A stretch of DNA of 64,000 nt from positions 28,582,001 to 28,646,000 of the forward strand of contig NW_027361766.1 in assembly GCF_039654945.1 (NCBI RefSeq), written 5' to 3'. Position numbers and translations under genes: made by a program. The notes below the pieces were generated by a model. It was not told where the DNA came from. It saw only the letters and a program-made list of their open reading frames with translations, and ran no database searches. Source of the DNA: Dendrobates tinctorius (lineage: Eukaryota). Below, one piece after another: positions 37,215 to 50,829 of the stretch (its first letter is position 1; each line of letters opens with the position of its first letter).

Positions 37215-40120
37215 TAATACACATGTGAGAAATAATTGATTAATCAACAAAAAACTAGCTCACCATTGAGACCAAGAGAGGACGCACATGGCTTCAGCCA
37301 TCTTGTAAGTGTTTAGGCATGCGTATGTTTAGTAAAGTTGGTCACAGTGTTTGAGACACATAAACAGCAGAGGAGAGTTCCACGGTGCATGCGCAAAAAA
37401 GCGATGGTCAACGCATGCATCATTACAACAGACAATGCCAGTGGAGTCCGTCACATAGGCTGAATGCGGGTGCGCAAGCCAAATCCCATGGCGCTTGTGC
37501 AAACAGCAATGTGCAACACGTACAAATATATACACTGAGCTAAATAAAGATAGCCACGCTGCTGTTTAAACAAGGTGCATATAAAAAGGAAATCGCGATA
37601 GCAGAGGTAAAGTGGTTTTGAATGTGCACGAAGCCATGCGCGTGTGCACATGAGTGATGCTCAGCACCCGCGTCATTGTACCACCCGCATTTTAGTATAA
37701 TTATTCCCCAAGCTAAACATGTGCATGCGCTGGAGATCATAGTTCAGACAGGGAAAGAAGCACACAAAGGATAGTCAAATAATCTTAAGTGCACAGGCTA
37801 CAATGCATTTAAGAAGATAATTGTCTGTGCTTGCGTTGTTTTGCAATATAGATGGACGTGCAAAAATAGGCTGAAAAATGGCGCATACAAGCTTGCCATT
37901 AGATAGACTCACAACACACACATCAAATTGCCAATCCTGAAAAAGATGTGTACTTTCAGGAATGTTATAGAAAAAAGCATAAGTAACTTTGAAAACCGAC
38001 TTGGGTTAGAGAAGGTAGTCAAATCAATTGTATAATGTTCTGACCATCTCAAAGTTCATAAATGAAAAATATCTTATTGGCAAGGGGGGATCTACGATGA
38101 TTAGCTATGTGGCCAAATGTGCCCAAAAAAACAGACGTACCACTAAAGAAAACCCTTATAATACAGACAGTCATCAATGACAGAAAATCACTTTATTGAT
38201 TGATTATCACGCCCATATACAAGAGGAAGGTGAGATACATATTTACCAAGGACAAAAGCACAAAATGTGTTAAAACAACAGGGATTTATGATGCTATAGC
38301 AACCCCCCCAAAAAAAAGATAGTCCATATATGCACAAAGGCATGCAGGAAGAATAGATTTTAGGGGGATAATTCTGGTAAAATATCATAGGAAAAAGGAC
38401 AGATGATGATGTGGTATAATTAAAGAGCTATAAAAGCCAATAAACTGCAGTTATCCATCCCCCCCAAAAAAGGGAAGACCATGATTCAAAATCAAAAGTC
38501 CGTGACAAATTATAATACTGAAGAAGTCTAAACAATATGTGTATAGTGGTCATACCATCTCAAAGAAGAATTTTTTCTCCCCCTAGTCTGTAGTGGCTAG
38601 CCAACTAAGAATATAGCAGTTAAACCATAATTTAGTGTGTAAGTGGATCCTGAAAGCCATAAAGAGAGCTTGAAAATTATGCCCAGAAGCGATATGCGAC
38701 ATATAAGGTATCTTTCTTGAAAACCCCCTAAGAAACCTTAAGAAACGCAATGTGCACAAAGGTGCAACAAATATGGTGCTATAAATAGCCTCGCAACACA
38801 CACCTGCAATAAATCAAAACCAGTGTCTGAGTTGTGAGGAAAGACCTAGAACAATGTGAACACACCAAAGGGCAGTTGATTTCCCAGAAAAATAGCATAT
38901 GGTGCTGCAGATAGCAAGAGTAACCATTTATAAAAGACTAAGAAGATGTAAACACATGAACAAGTCATGAAAAGTCCAAGGCATTACAACTCGAACGATT
39001 GAAAGTTAATGTCCCGCAAAGAAGTCCTCCCTTCAAGTTCAGGTTTGACGAATTGTTCAGTGTGGTTTAAACTTGCTTCCATGAAGATGGTGTCATAAAA
39101 TGTCCTTGAAAAGTACCGTAGATAGATGAAAAATCTGGAAGAATGAGAAAGAAAATTTGTCATGGTGAAGAATGCCAGATCAACCATAAAATCCAGAGAA
39201 CAAAATTTTCTCATTAAGTCCTTGCGGGGCCATACTTTTCAAGTTGTAGATCCAACGGGATTCACTACGAAGTAATTCCTTGGTAGGATTACCACCCCGA
39301 ATGCTGCCCTGGACATGGTCCACTATCAGAACCCGCATTCCATGATAACTACTCTCATGTTGTTCAAGAAAATGTGTTGCTAACGATGAAATCGGCTTAC
39401 CCTTGTCACGATCGATCCTGGCTTTACTAATGCTTTACCAATATTTGAAACATGCTGTTGCACTCTACGTCGAACCTCTTGGCTTGTTTGGCCCACATAA
39501 ATTTTTGGACATGGACAGATCAATAAATACACCACATTCCTCGTCCTGCAGTTAGAATAGTGTTTTAATTTAATCAGACTTGGAAAAATGGGAAGGGTGA
39601 CAGTGTCTGATGCAATCATGAGAGGACACACAGAACAACCTCCACATGGAAAGGAGCCTATCAGCCGATGGCTCGTGCCTGTTCTAAAAGTTGGTCTCAT
39701 AAAGTTACCAGTGGTAAGATGATCTTTCAAATTTTTTGCTTTCCTTGCAATCATTTTGGGAGTCTCAGATAAGAAAGGTTGCAATTTAGATTCACTAAGC
39801 AAAATTTCCCAGTGTCCGTTCAAAATCTCCTGTACCTCATGCCATTGGTTATTATAAAGCGTGATTAAATTGATAGTACATTTTGTGTAACGGACCCTGG
39901 GGTGCAAAAGCATTGATCTATCACTGGTTCAAGATGCCTCAAAAGCCTTGGAGATAACTCTGCGTGGGTAACCCCTTTCCACAAACCGGTTAGTCAAGTC
40001 CTTTGCCCCTTCTTTAAAGTCAAGTTCTGTGCTACAATTGCATCTTACCCTCTGGAATTGGCCCTTGGGGATGTTGTTCCAAGATGTTGAGGGTGAAAGC
40101 TTTAAAAATGAAGCAGACTG

Positions 40121-41896
40121 GAGGATTTATAGAGTCTTCATTCAGGGGAGTCGTTTGGGGAGGTGGACTCATATAAAGAATACAGGAGTGATTTCTCTGA
40201 TGATAAAGTCTCGGAGGTGACCTCATCCTCACACCCTTCTTCTGAGGGAGACACCAGACGGGAGACAACCACCTCATTGTTAGACACTATACCTGCCTCA
40301 GACAACTATCCAACAGAAAGTTTTTTAGCCAGGTTGTATGGAGCTTTTTTGGAATCATTGGCTATTCCTACTGACAATCTTATAATACAGGGAAAATCCA
40401 TCAAACAACAAACTGACTCTAAGGCACCTGAAATTTTTGTCAAAAATCTTTTTAAAGACACTTTGCTGCAATTAACGAATGACTCGTACCCAAACTCTAT
40501 TAAGGGATCTGATAATGTTATTACTAACGTAAAAACACCTGACCCTTTCAAAAATCATGAGAATCTGTATTCAGTGCATCCTCAGAAACTTCCCACACTC
40601 TCTGATTCCCTGGATAAATTACAAAACGACATTATCACCTTTAAAGATTCCCTGGCTAATTTTGAGGACTATAAGCGGAAAAACAACCTAAAGATAAGGG
40701 GAATCCCTGAGTCAGTGATGCCTTCAAAATTAAAAGAATATAGCTCCTTGATGGCTTCCCATATGATCCCAAATCTTAGGGAACCCAACTTGATTGAAAA
40801 GGCCTTCAGGATACGCAGGCCACCCTCTTTACCACAAAATGTGAGTTGAGATGTTATAGTCTCATTTTACCCCAATTTGGTAAGGAATACTCTTTTGGGG
40901 TTGTCAAGGAATCCTCTTCTCCTACAGTCCCCGTATAGCCACCTCATGTTCTTCAAGGACCTGTCTAAAACCACCTTACTAAAGCGCAAATCGTTTCATT
41001 CGATAACCCGCGAACTCTTGCACAGGGGAATTTCCTACAACTGGACTCAATTTTCCACTCTGCAAGTGAAATACGCATCTAAAATAATATCTGTTTCCTC
41101 TCCGGAAGAAGGACTTGATTTTTTGAACTCTGCCGGAATAACTTTTCCTGGGACCACTCCTGGACATCATTCGCCGCCTAAATCAGATCTCCATCCAAAC
41201 TGAGCGGCTTGGACTTTACGACAATCTTGTTCTTGGCTTCTTTTTTCCTTTTTTCTTCTTAATTCTTATTTTGGAACCATTGTGTTTGAACATCTATACT
41301 CTACTTTATGGCTTTTAATGAACTGTACTCTGCCTCCACAAGGTCTTAGGGTCACACTGTATTGCACCTGGACACGACAGGTCTGCATATATTTGTTAAG
41401 TGTTAGCTATTTTGTGTAGTTTTGTGATTTTATTCATGTACTAATACTTTTTCCCTTTTAGGTGCGGAAAATAAGTAACTTATGCATACACTGATTACTG
41501 TTTTATACCTGCTGTTACTTGACATAATAACGCCAGTAATAAGTAACTTTGTTTTTTATTATAACTTACTACCTTCTCAGACTGAAGATTAGTGACGTAT
41601 CATGTGTACTGTCATTTTTCTTTTTCATTTGCAGATACTGGCTTTAGTAATAGGCTACTTTTAATAGACCTGGGGTGTAGAAAGCTACACATGTATTCTA
41701 TGTAACTCATGGTTATGTACATGTATGTACAGTATGCCTATCTTTCCCCTATCTTTATAGCGGTATTCTTTTATTTCTTTCCCTATCCCTTCTTTCCTTT
41801 TTTTACCTCCCTATTATCCTATTTTCCTACCGTGTCCCTTATATTTTACCCACACCCTATTAAAATTTTAAAATACCAATAAAGATCATTGGAAAG
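40121..41896 (+). mobile_element. ORF1-only L1-derived insertion (HAL1-like), 17-bp TSD
   Basis: aaaaatgaagcagactg at 40104-40120 and 41897-41913; TTT/AAAA target site; AATAAA at 41878-41883; no ORF2 visible. Confidence 0.85.
40163..41203 (+). pseudogene. L1 ORF1p (coiled coil, RRM, CTD) with one in-frame stop
   Basis: FEDYKRKNNLKIRGIPE, IEKAFRI, S*DVIV and FKDLS...KRKSF motifs; the two listed ORFs are in the same frame. Confidence 0.88.
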
Positions 41897-42537
41897 AAAA
41901 ATGAAGCAGACTGTTCATAGCGGTAGCTTTGCGGTAGAGTTTAGTCTGGATCTGAGTGCCTATCTTCATGATTTTGAGATCCAGAAAATCCACTGCTTCA
42001 TATGAAAGGGAAGCTGTCAAGGAAATGTTTAATGAATTGTTATTGAGCTGGGCCACATACGCTAGGCACTCATCCTTTGTACCTTTCCAAAAAACAAGGA
42101 CGTCATCTATATACCGATACCAATGAAAGACTTTGGTACAAAAGGTAGATGATGGGCGCACCTGTGTCTCCTCCCATCACTCCAATAAAAGGGTGGCATA
42201 ACAGGGTGCACAGCATGCCCCCATGGCGGTCCCAGAGATTTGTTTGTAGAAAACACGGTCAAAAACAAAATAGCTATTAGACAATGCAAAATGTAATAAA
42301 TCTAATAGGAATAAGTGATGTCTGCGATCACCTGTTATCTGTTGGTTCAAGAAGTACGAAACTGCTTCTAATCCATGCGAATGGCCAATAGAGGTGTACA
42401 AGGATTCAACATCCATAGTTACAAGGATGGTGTCCTGTGGTAGAGATAGATCCTGCAGTAGTCGAATCAGGTGGGAGGTGTCCTGAATAAATGAATCCAA
42501 TGCAAAAACAAAAGGCTGTAAGAAATGGTCCAAATAT

Positions 42538-42768
42538 GGGCAGCACGGTGGTCAGTGGTTAGGGTTTGAATCCCACCAAGGACAACATCTGCAAGGAGTT
42601 TGTATGTTCTCCCCGTGTTTGCGTGGGTTTCCTCCCACACTCCAAAGACAATCTGATAGGGAATTTAGATTGTGAGCCCCATCGGGGACAATGATGAAAA
42701 TGTGTGCAAACTGTAAAGCGCTGTGGAATATGTTAGCGCTATATAAAGATTATTATTATTATTATTAT
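42538..42768 (+). mobile_element. tRNA-derived V-SINE-like element with L2-type tail
   Basis: A-box-like cggtggtcagtgg, B-box-like gtttgaatccc, V-domain-like gagtttgtatgttctccccgtgtttgcgtgggtttcctcc, tail tgtaaagcgctg...gcgctatata(att)n. Confidence 0.85.
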
Positions 42769-43499
42769 ATATATACAGGGACGTTCGAATAAACTACCTA
42801 TACCAGCCACAATTGGCCTATCTGGTGGCTTTTGCAGTGATTTATGAAACTTGGAACAACAGGGAATTGTGTTGTCAAAAAAGTAAATTCATTTTTGCTC
42901 AAAATATTTGTCAATTTGGCAGATATAAGCAAACGATCAAGTTTTTTCTTGAAAACCTTTGTGGGATCAGAGGGCAGCACCTGGTAACAAGAGACATTAT
43001 TTAGTTGGCGCTTTGCTTCACAAATGTACGTCGACAGGCCACAACACAATATTCCCAACTTTATCTGCCTCTTTTATAATGAAAGAAGCATTATTTTTTA
43101 GATTGGAAGAGCCTGTCTCGCAATGAATCCTACATTTTCCATTTGTTTCTTATTTTTGCTCAATTTGGCAATCGCTTTGCTGACTACGTCATAAAAAATT
43201 TCAATGGTGGGAAAGAGTGAGTATGAAGGTGTGGCCTGTGAAGGTAAATGCCAAGATTTATTAGATCTGTTACCAGAGCTCTTATTTTCTTGACCAAGAG
43301 GTCATTGAAGACTTGCTTTTCGTCCTGTGGAAGTGAGTCAACCAATAAAGGTTGGTGATATAACAGCTTGAAAGTTAGCTGCCTGCAGAATAAATACAAA
43401 TCTTTTGTTAATATGAATTTGTCAAGTGTACCCATAGGTGCAAACGAAAGGCCCTTAAATAAAAGGGACCTTTCCATATCACAATGAACAATTCGTCAA

Positions 43500-46400
43500 T
43501 AGAGTTGAGCGATACCGTCCGATACTTCAAAGTATCGTATCGGATGGTATCGGCCGATCTTTAAAAAAAGTATCGGTATCGCCGATTCCGATACCGGAAG
43601 TCCCATTCAAGTCTATGGGACTTCCGGTATCGGAATAAGAAAAACCCTTTCCTGCCCTTGTACAGCCTCTCTGGGGTCTGTACGGGCCTTTCGGGGGGCT
43701 GTGCCGGCCTGCCAGGGGGTCTGTGCAGGCTCCGGTGGTCTGTGCCGGCCTGCCGGTGGTCTGTGCAGGCTCCGGGGGGCTGTGCCGGCCTGCCGGGGGG
43801 CTGTGCAGGCTCCGGGGGGCTGTGCCGGCCTGCCGGGGGGCTGTGCCGGCCTGCCGGTGGTCTGTGCAGGCTCCGGGGGTCTGTGCAGGCATCGTCCGAT
43901 GGGACTACAAGTCCCATCGGGCGATGCCTGCTACCATGACAGTGATTGACACATTAGCCAATGATGGGACAGTAGTAGCCCCATCATCCGGCTAATGTGT
44001 TAAATGTAAAAAAAAAAAAAAAAAATTACATGCTACATACATACAACATGCATACTACATACATGCTACATTCATACTACATACTACATACATGCTACAT
44101 TCATACTACATAAATACTACATGCAACATACATACTACATATATACTACATGCATGCTACATACATACTGCATGCTACATACATACCACATATATACTAC
44201 ATACATACTACATGCATGCTACATGCATGCTACATGCTACATACATAACACATATATACTACATGCATGCTACATACATACTACATGCTACATACTACAT
44301 ATATACTACATGCATGCTACATACTACATGCTACATACATACTACATATATACTACATGCATGCTACATACATACTGCATGCTACATGCATGCTACATAC
44401 ATACTACATACATACTACATGCTACATACATACTACATATATACTACATACATACTACATACATACTACATGCATGCTACATGCATGCTACATACATACC
44501 ACATACATAACACATATATACTACATGCATGCTACATACATACTACATGCTACATGCATGCTACATACATACTACATGCATGCTACATACATACTACATG
44601 CTACATACATACTACATATATACTACATGCATGCTACATACATACTACATGCTACATACATACTACATATATACTACATGCATGCTACATACTACATGCT
44701 ACATACATACTACATACATACTACATGCATGCTACATACATACTACATGCATGCTACATACATACTACATGCTACATACATACCACATACATACTACATA
44801 TATACTACATGCATGCTACATACATACTGCATGCTACATGCATGCTACATACATACTACATACATACTACATGCTACATACATACCACATATATACTACA
44901 TACATACAATACATTCATACAATACATACATAGACATACAGTACATATAACATAGAGTAACATACCAATACTTGTCACATTGTTCCCCGAAGCCATTGTC
45001 TTTTCCGGAATAAATATTAACATAACAAACCACAAAAATACTCACCCACGATCCGAAGCAGTCCACGAGTGTGTCCCACGACGATCTTGGGTAGAGAACT
45101 GAAGCATCAGCTGTTGCTGCCGTTCTCTACGGGCTGCAGGAATCCAATGACGGAAGGTAGGTATCCTTCCGCACTGTATTCCTCCGCCACTTAAAAAAAA
45201 AAAAGTCCCTAGTCTCACTTTATGCCATTGCTGTGTGGGAAATTCCCACGCAGCAATGGCATAAAGTGAGACTAGGGACTTTTTTTTTTTAAGTGGCGGA
45301 GGAATACAGTGCGGAAGGATACCTACCTTCCGTCATTGGATTCCTGCAGCCCGTAGAGAATGGCAGCATCATCTGATGCTGCAGTTCTCTACCCAAGATT
45401 GTCGTGGGACACACTCGTGGACTGCTTCGGATCGTGGGTGAGTATTTTTGTGGTTTGTTATGTTAATATTTATTCCGGAAAAGACAATGGCTTCGGGGAA
45501 CAATGTGACAAGTATTGGTAAGTATGTTACTCTATGTTATATGTACTGTATGTCTATGTATGTATTGTATGAATGTATTGTATGTATGTAGTATATATGT
45601 GGTATGTATGTAGCATGTAGTATGTATGTAGTATGTATGTAGCATGCATGTAGCATGTAGTATGTATGTAGCATGCATGTAGTATATATGTAGTATGTAT
45701 GTAGCATGCATGTAGTATATATGTAGCATGTATGTAGTATGTATGTGGTATGTATGTAGCATGTAGTATGTATGTAGCATGCATGTAGTATATATGTAGT
45801 ATGTATGTAGCATGTAGTATGTATGTAGTATGTATGTAGTATGTATGTGGTATGTATGTAGCATGTAGTATGTATGTAGCATGCATGTAGTATATATGTA
45901 GTATGTATGTAGCATGTAGTATGTATGTAGTATGTATGTGGTATGTATGTAGCATGCAGTATGTATGTAGCATGTATGTAGTATGTATGTAGTATATATG
46001 TAGTATGTATGTAGCATGTAGTATGTATGTAGCATGCATGTAGTATATATGTAGTATGTATGTAGCATGTAGTATGTATGTAGCATGTATGTATGTAGCA
46101 TGCAGTATGTATGTAGCATGTATGTAGTATGTATGTAGTATATATGTAGTATGTATGTAGCATGTAGTATGTATGTAGCATGCATGTAGTATATATGTAG
46201 TATGTATGTAGCATGTAGTATGTATGTAGTATGTATGTAGTATGTATGTAGCATGCAGTATGTATGTAGCATGTATGTAGTATGTATGTAGTATATATGT
46301 AGTATGTATGTAGCATGCATGTAGTATGTATGTAGCATGTAGTATGTATGTAGCATGCATGTAGTATGTATGTAGCATGTATGTAGTATGTATGTAGCAT

Positions 46401-46934
46401 GTATGTAGTATGTATGTAGCATGTAGTATGTATGTAGCATGCATGTAGTATGTATGTAGTATTTTTTTTTTTTTTTTTTTAACATTTAACACATTAGCCG
46501 GATGATGGGACTACTACTGTCCCATCATTGGCTAATGTGTCAATCACTGTCATGGTAGCAGGCATCGCCCGATGGGACTTGTAGTCCCATCGGACGATGC
46601 TTGCACAGACCCCCGGACATCAGCACAGCCCCCCGGCAGGCCGGCACAGCCCCCCGGCAGGCCGGTACAGACCCCCACAGGGTGCACAGACCACCGGCAG
46701 GCCGGCACAGCCCCCCGGCAGGCCGGCAGAGACCCCCGGAAGGCCCGAAATGACGGCGCATCATGATGCGCACACACCGCGCATCATGATGACGTCAGGC
46801 CGTCAATCAACTGAACTTCCGATTCCGATGCCGAATTCCGATATTGAAAAAATATCGGAAGTCGGTATCGGAATTCCGATACAGCAAGTATCGGCCGATA
46901 CCCGATACTTGCGGTATCGGAATGCTCAACACTA
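43500..46934. mobile_element. Non-autonomous hAT-type foldback element (3.4-kb palindrome with minisatellite arms)
   Basis: TIR tagagttgagc / gctcaacacta; 8-bp TSD ttcgtcaa at 43492-43499 and 46935-46942; symmetry centre ~45241. Confidence 0.92.
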
Positions 46935-47065
46935 TTCGTCAAACCTGAACTTGAAGGGAGGACTTCTTTGCGGGACATTAACTTTCAATCGTTGTTCGAG
47001 TTGTAATGCCTTGGACTTTTTCGTGACTTGTTCATGTGTTTACAGCTTCTTACAGGAAAGATGTA

Positions 47066-48109
47066 CCATATTTTTCGGACTATAAGACGCACTGGACCAT
47101 AAGACGCACCCCTATTTTCAGAAGGAAAATAGGGAAAAAAATAATAATGTGTCAAATGGGGGTCCGTCTTACAGTCCGAATTCAGCTTACCTGGGAAGGG
47201 ATCCTGCACAGGTGGAGAAGTAGTCACAGGGGTCATTCAGTGGTCCAGGCTCGTGCGGTGGCGGCGGCTCTGTGCTGGGGCAGCTGTGCTGGGGCAGCTG
47301 CACTGGGGCTGGGGTGGGTGGGCTGTGCAGGGGCAGCTGTGCTGGGGCAGGGGCAGGTGTGGCAGGGGCAGCTGTGCTGGGGCAGGGGCAGCTGTGGTGG
47401 GGCAGGTGGGCAGGGGCAGCTGTGCTGGGGCAGGGACAGCTGTGCTGGGGCAGGGACAGCTGTGGCAGAGGCAGGTGGGCAGGGGCAGCTGTGGCAGGGA
47501 CAGGTGGGCTCTGCGGTGCGGTGGTGGCAGCGGGCTGTGCTCCGGTGCAGGGGCGGCGGCTGCGCCGGCGTTTCTTCGCAGCCCGGAGGCCCCCCGCGCA
47601 CACCTTGCTGGGCGCCGCCATGTTGCGGTGGCCTCCGGGAGCATGGACACCGGCAAGATGGCCGCCGGTCCGGGGACGGCGCATGCGCGGCTCCAGATCT
47701 CGTGCCGAGATCTCGGGGGACGAGATCTCGTTGCCGAGATTTGAATCTCGCCCCCGAGATCTCGGCACGAGATCTGAAGCCGCGCATGCGCCGTCCCCGG
47801 ACCGGTGGCCATCTTGCCGGCGTCCATGCTCCCGGAGGCCACCGCAACATGGCGGCGCCCAGCAAGGGGTGCGCGGGGGGCCTCCGGGCTGCGAAGAAAC
47901 GCCGGCGGAGCCACCGCCCCTGCACCGGAGCACAGCCCGCTGCCACCACTGCACCGCAGAGCGCCGCCCGCTGCCACCACCGCACCGCAGAGCCTCGCCC
48001 GCTGCCACCAGCGCATCAGGTACCGTGCATTGCGACCATAAGACGCACCCCCCACTTTCCCCAAAAATTTTTGGGGAAAAAAGTGCGTCTTATGGTCCAA
48101 GAAATACGG
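47066..48109. mobile_element. Non-autonomous Tc1/mariner (pogo-like) element with GC-rich internal palindrome
   Basis: TA TSD; ccatatttttcggactataagacgcac / gtgcgtcttatggtccaagaaatacgg termini; repeated taagacgcac motifs. Confidence 0.85.
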
Positions 48110-50829
48110 TATATCTTTGTACCGTGTTAGCCAGTAGATAGAAGAATATTTAGAATTGAGAGTCCTCAGTGGTTGATACCGTTTAATGGCTAGCTGAAAA
48201 GATGGTAACAAAATTTTTGGGCACATTTTGCCACATAGCTAATCATCGTAGACCCCCCTTGCCAATAAGATATTTTTCATTTATGAACTTTGAGATGGTC
48301 AGAACATTATACAATTGATTTGACTACCTTCTCTAACCCAAGTTGGTTTTCAAAGTTACTTACGCTTTTCTCTATAACATTCCTGAATGTACACATCTTT
48401 TTCAGGATTGGCAATTTGATGTGTGTGTTGTGAGTCTATCTAATGGCAAGCTTGTATGCGCCATTTTTCAGCCTATTTTTGCAAGTCCATCTATATTGCA
48501 AAACAACGCAAGCACAGACAATTATCTTCTTAAATGCATTGTAGCCTGTGCACTTAAGATTATTTGACTATCCTTTGTGTGCTTCTTTCCCTATGATCTC
48601 CAGTGCATGCGCATGTTTAACTTGGGGAATAATTATACTAGAATGCGGGTGGTACAATGACGCGGGTGCTGAGTATCACTCATGTGCGCACAAGCATGGT
48701 TTCGTGCACATTCAAAACCACTTTACCTCTGCTATCACGATGTCCTTTATATGTGGACCTTGATTAACTAAACAGCGGCGTTGCTATTTATATTTAGCTC
48801 AGTAAACATATTTGTACGTGTTTGCTGTTTGCGCATGCGCCATGGGATTTTGCACCCCCCTCCTTTCTCCCTGCAGCTTTTATTGCTATGTCTATGCCCT
48901 CTTCATACTTGCATCTTTCATGAGTGCATTAGCCTAGGAGGTTATCTTTATCATATTTGTACAGGTTTGGTCTTCTATTTTTCAGTTCCATTTTTTGGTT
49001 CCATGCCAACTTTATTTACACTCCTCCATTATATGTGGGTTTGTGTCTATCACCGACTATGGTGCTGTCAATAGCCATTTATATATTTATGTGCAGGATA
49101 TCTTTGTATATATTATGGATTTAAATGTTTTTTCCCAATTATGATATATTCATTGCATTTGGTATCCTGCTTTGAATTTGTAAGCTGCATGGGTTTTTGG
49201 TATGGGTGAGTCATTGCTTCACTACTTTATAGCATGACTTGTTTCTCCATTTTATGTTTATAAATGTTTTTATTGTGTGCTTTTTGTCTGTGCCTCTTGC
49301 TATCAATAAAATTTGCCGCCATTTGTGCCTACACCTTGTGGTGTTCCCATTCCATAGGCATGTTGCTTTCCCCCTTTTGCTCACGCTCATCACTAATGAT
49401 TACAGTAATGTCAAACATATGATCTCACTAAACCCACACTGACCCATCTGAGCTCAATTTTATAAAGTTTGTTTACTGCACACATATGCCAGGTTATTGT
49501 TTCATGACTTTCAACCAAATGCTCTATTTTACTGGATTCATGTTATGATCACAGTAGTATTATTTGATAATAAAAAACATAACCAGGATATCATATCATG
49601 ACTCATATTTAACCACTGGGTTAGGCCAAGAAACGTAGCTTTAAAAATGATCTGTTAGAAACCAAAACGACAAACCCAACAGTGTCATCAATGTGTGTCT
49701 GGCCCCAGACATTACATCTGTCGCATTCAGTTACTGTGATAAAAAGCAACTAAAGAAATGAATGAACGAAAGAAGAAAAATGGCTTAATATGGAAAGAAG
49801 TCATTCCATAATATCTGCTTTCATACTAGCTAGTAGCTAGAAGCATGGCAAAATTGTGAAAGAAAGATGTCTAGATCACATGTTTCCAATGAAGGGGGGT
49901 GGGTGCAGATCAGGTTTGCGGTGGGTCGGAACTGAGTTTTCTTTGCCCTGCAAACCCCTCTTCTAAACAAGAGTCAGGTGTAGGATGTTGTGCTGTGGAG
50001 TTTGTACTCTTACTCACTTGTTATTCAGAAGTTCTTCATACCTCCCCATCCATTGGACCAGATCCGGCTACAGTCAAGACAGGAGACCTTGTGTCCAGTA
50101 TAACAGATTCAGCTTTACTGTGCAATTTGGTTACACAGGACTGCAGTATACAGATTGAGACAGAGCCCCTTTTTGGTGATGTTCCCTTAGTCCTGTGAAC
50201 TATCAGTCATTGCCACTGTTTTGCCTGACCTGCCTCTGCCTCAACCTTATCTTTTGGCACCAGGGTATTCCTATCTGGCAGTACAGCTTTCCTGAAGCCC
50301 AGAATCCTTCCTTCTTGCTGAGACCTGGCTGACATCTTCCTCACAGGGGAAACAGAGATATGGCACTCAATACCTCTTCTGGGCCCTAGGCCCAAGACTA
50401 CCACGGTATCCTCATGAACCTTCAGATTTGTTTCCTCATAATGTATGGAGACTTGGAACGGACAGAACCTTTTCGCCTTTGCTGAATCCACCGCCTGAGA
50501 ACCTGTTAACACTGGAGTCTCTAGTCTTCCTCTGAACTCCACTTACACACCTGTCTATGAATTTGCTCAGACTTCAACCCCCTAATCCAGAAAAACTTTT
50601 TCGATAAAAATTGGTCTAATCCCTCTCAAAATGTGGGCTCATCCCAACACTATTAACTATCTAATGCCCTGTGTAGTGCAACCTATATTCCATTTCCTAT
50701 ACCTAGAATGGTTCCCTTAGTGGACATACCTCCTGCATTCCCAGGGACTGCCTTAAGGCAAAACCTAGAGAAGAATCTAACATAAAACTGTCCATAGTAA
50801 TAAAATATAACCTTTTTTTATCATACACA

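Larger units (their letters stand above)
39160..43480 (-). pseudogene. PLE RT and GIY-YIG endonuclease, disrupted
   Basis: KGLSFAP, MDVESLYT, GTAMGACCAP, RYIDDV, FPCGGCSVC and VVYLLICPCPKIYVGQT motifs. Confidence 0.92.
37300..48850 (-). mobile_element. Penelope-like element with inverted pLTR segments, hosting L1-ORF1, SINE, hAT and mariner insertions (outer limits approximate)
   Basis: ~37490-38130 is inverted at ~48215-48850; ~38940-39060 is inverted at 43485-43499 plus 46935-47051; RT/EN remnants lie between. Confidence 0.8.

Noticed and set aside
38720-38755. Hammerhead-like ...gaaacgca motif
   Set aside because: Core and stems too degenerate, and on the wrong strand relative to the PLE
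44092-46492. His/Tyr/Thr-rich ORFs on both strands
   Set aside because: Translations of the satellite arms of the hAT foldback element
47036-48226. GC-rich ORFs of 250-364 aa
   Set aside because: Repeats and a palindrome inside a non-autonomous mariner-type element; no recognisable domain
49890-50560. Possible decayed retroelement coding fragment or host exon
   Set aside because: No motif or convincing splice context recognised
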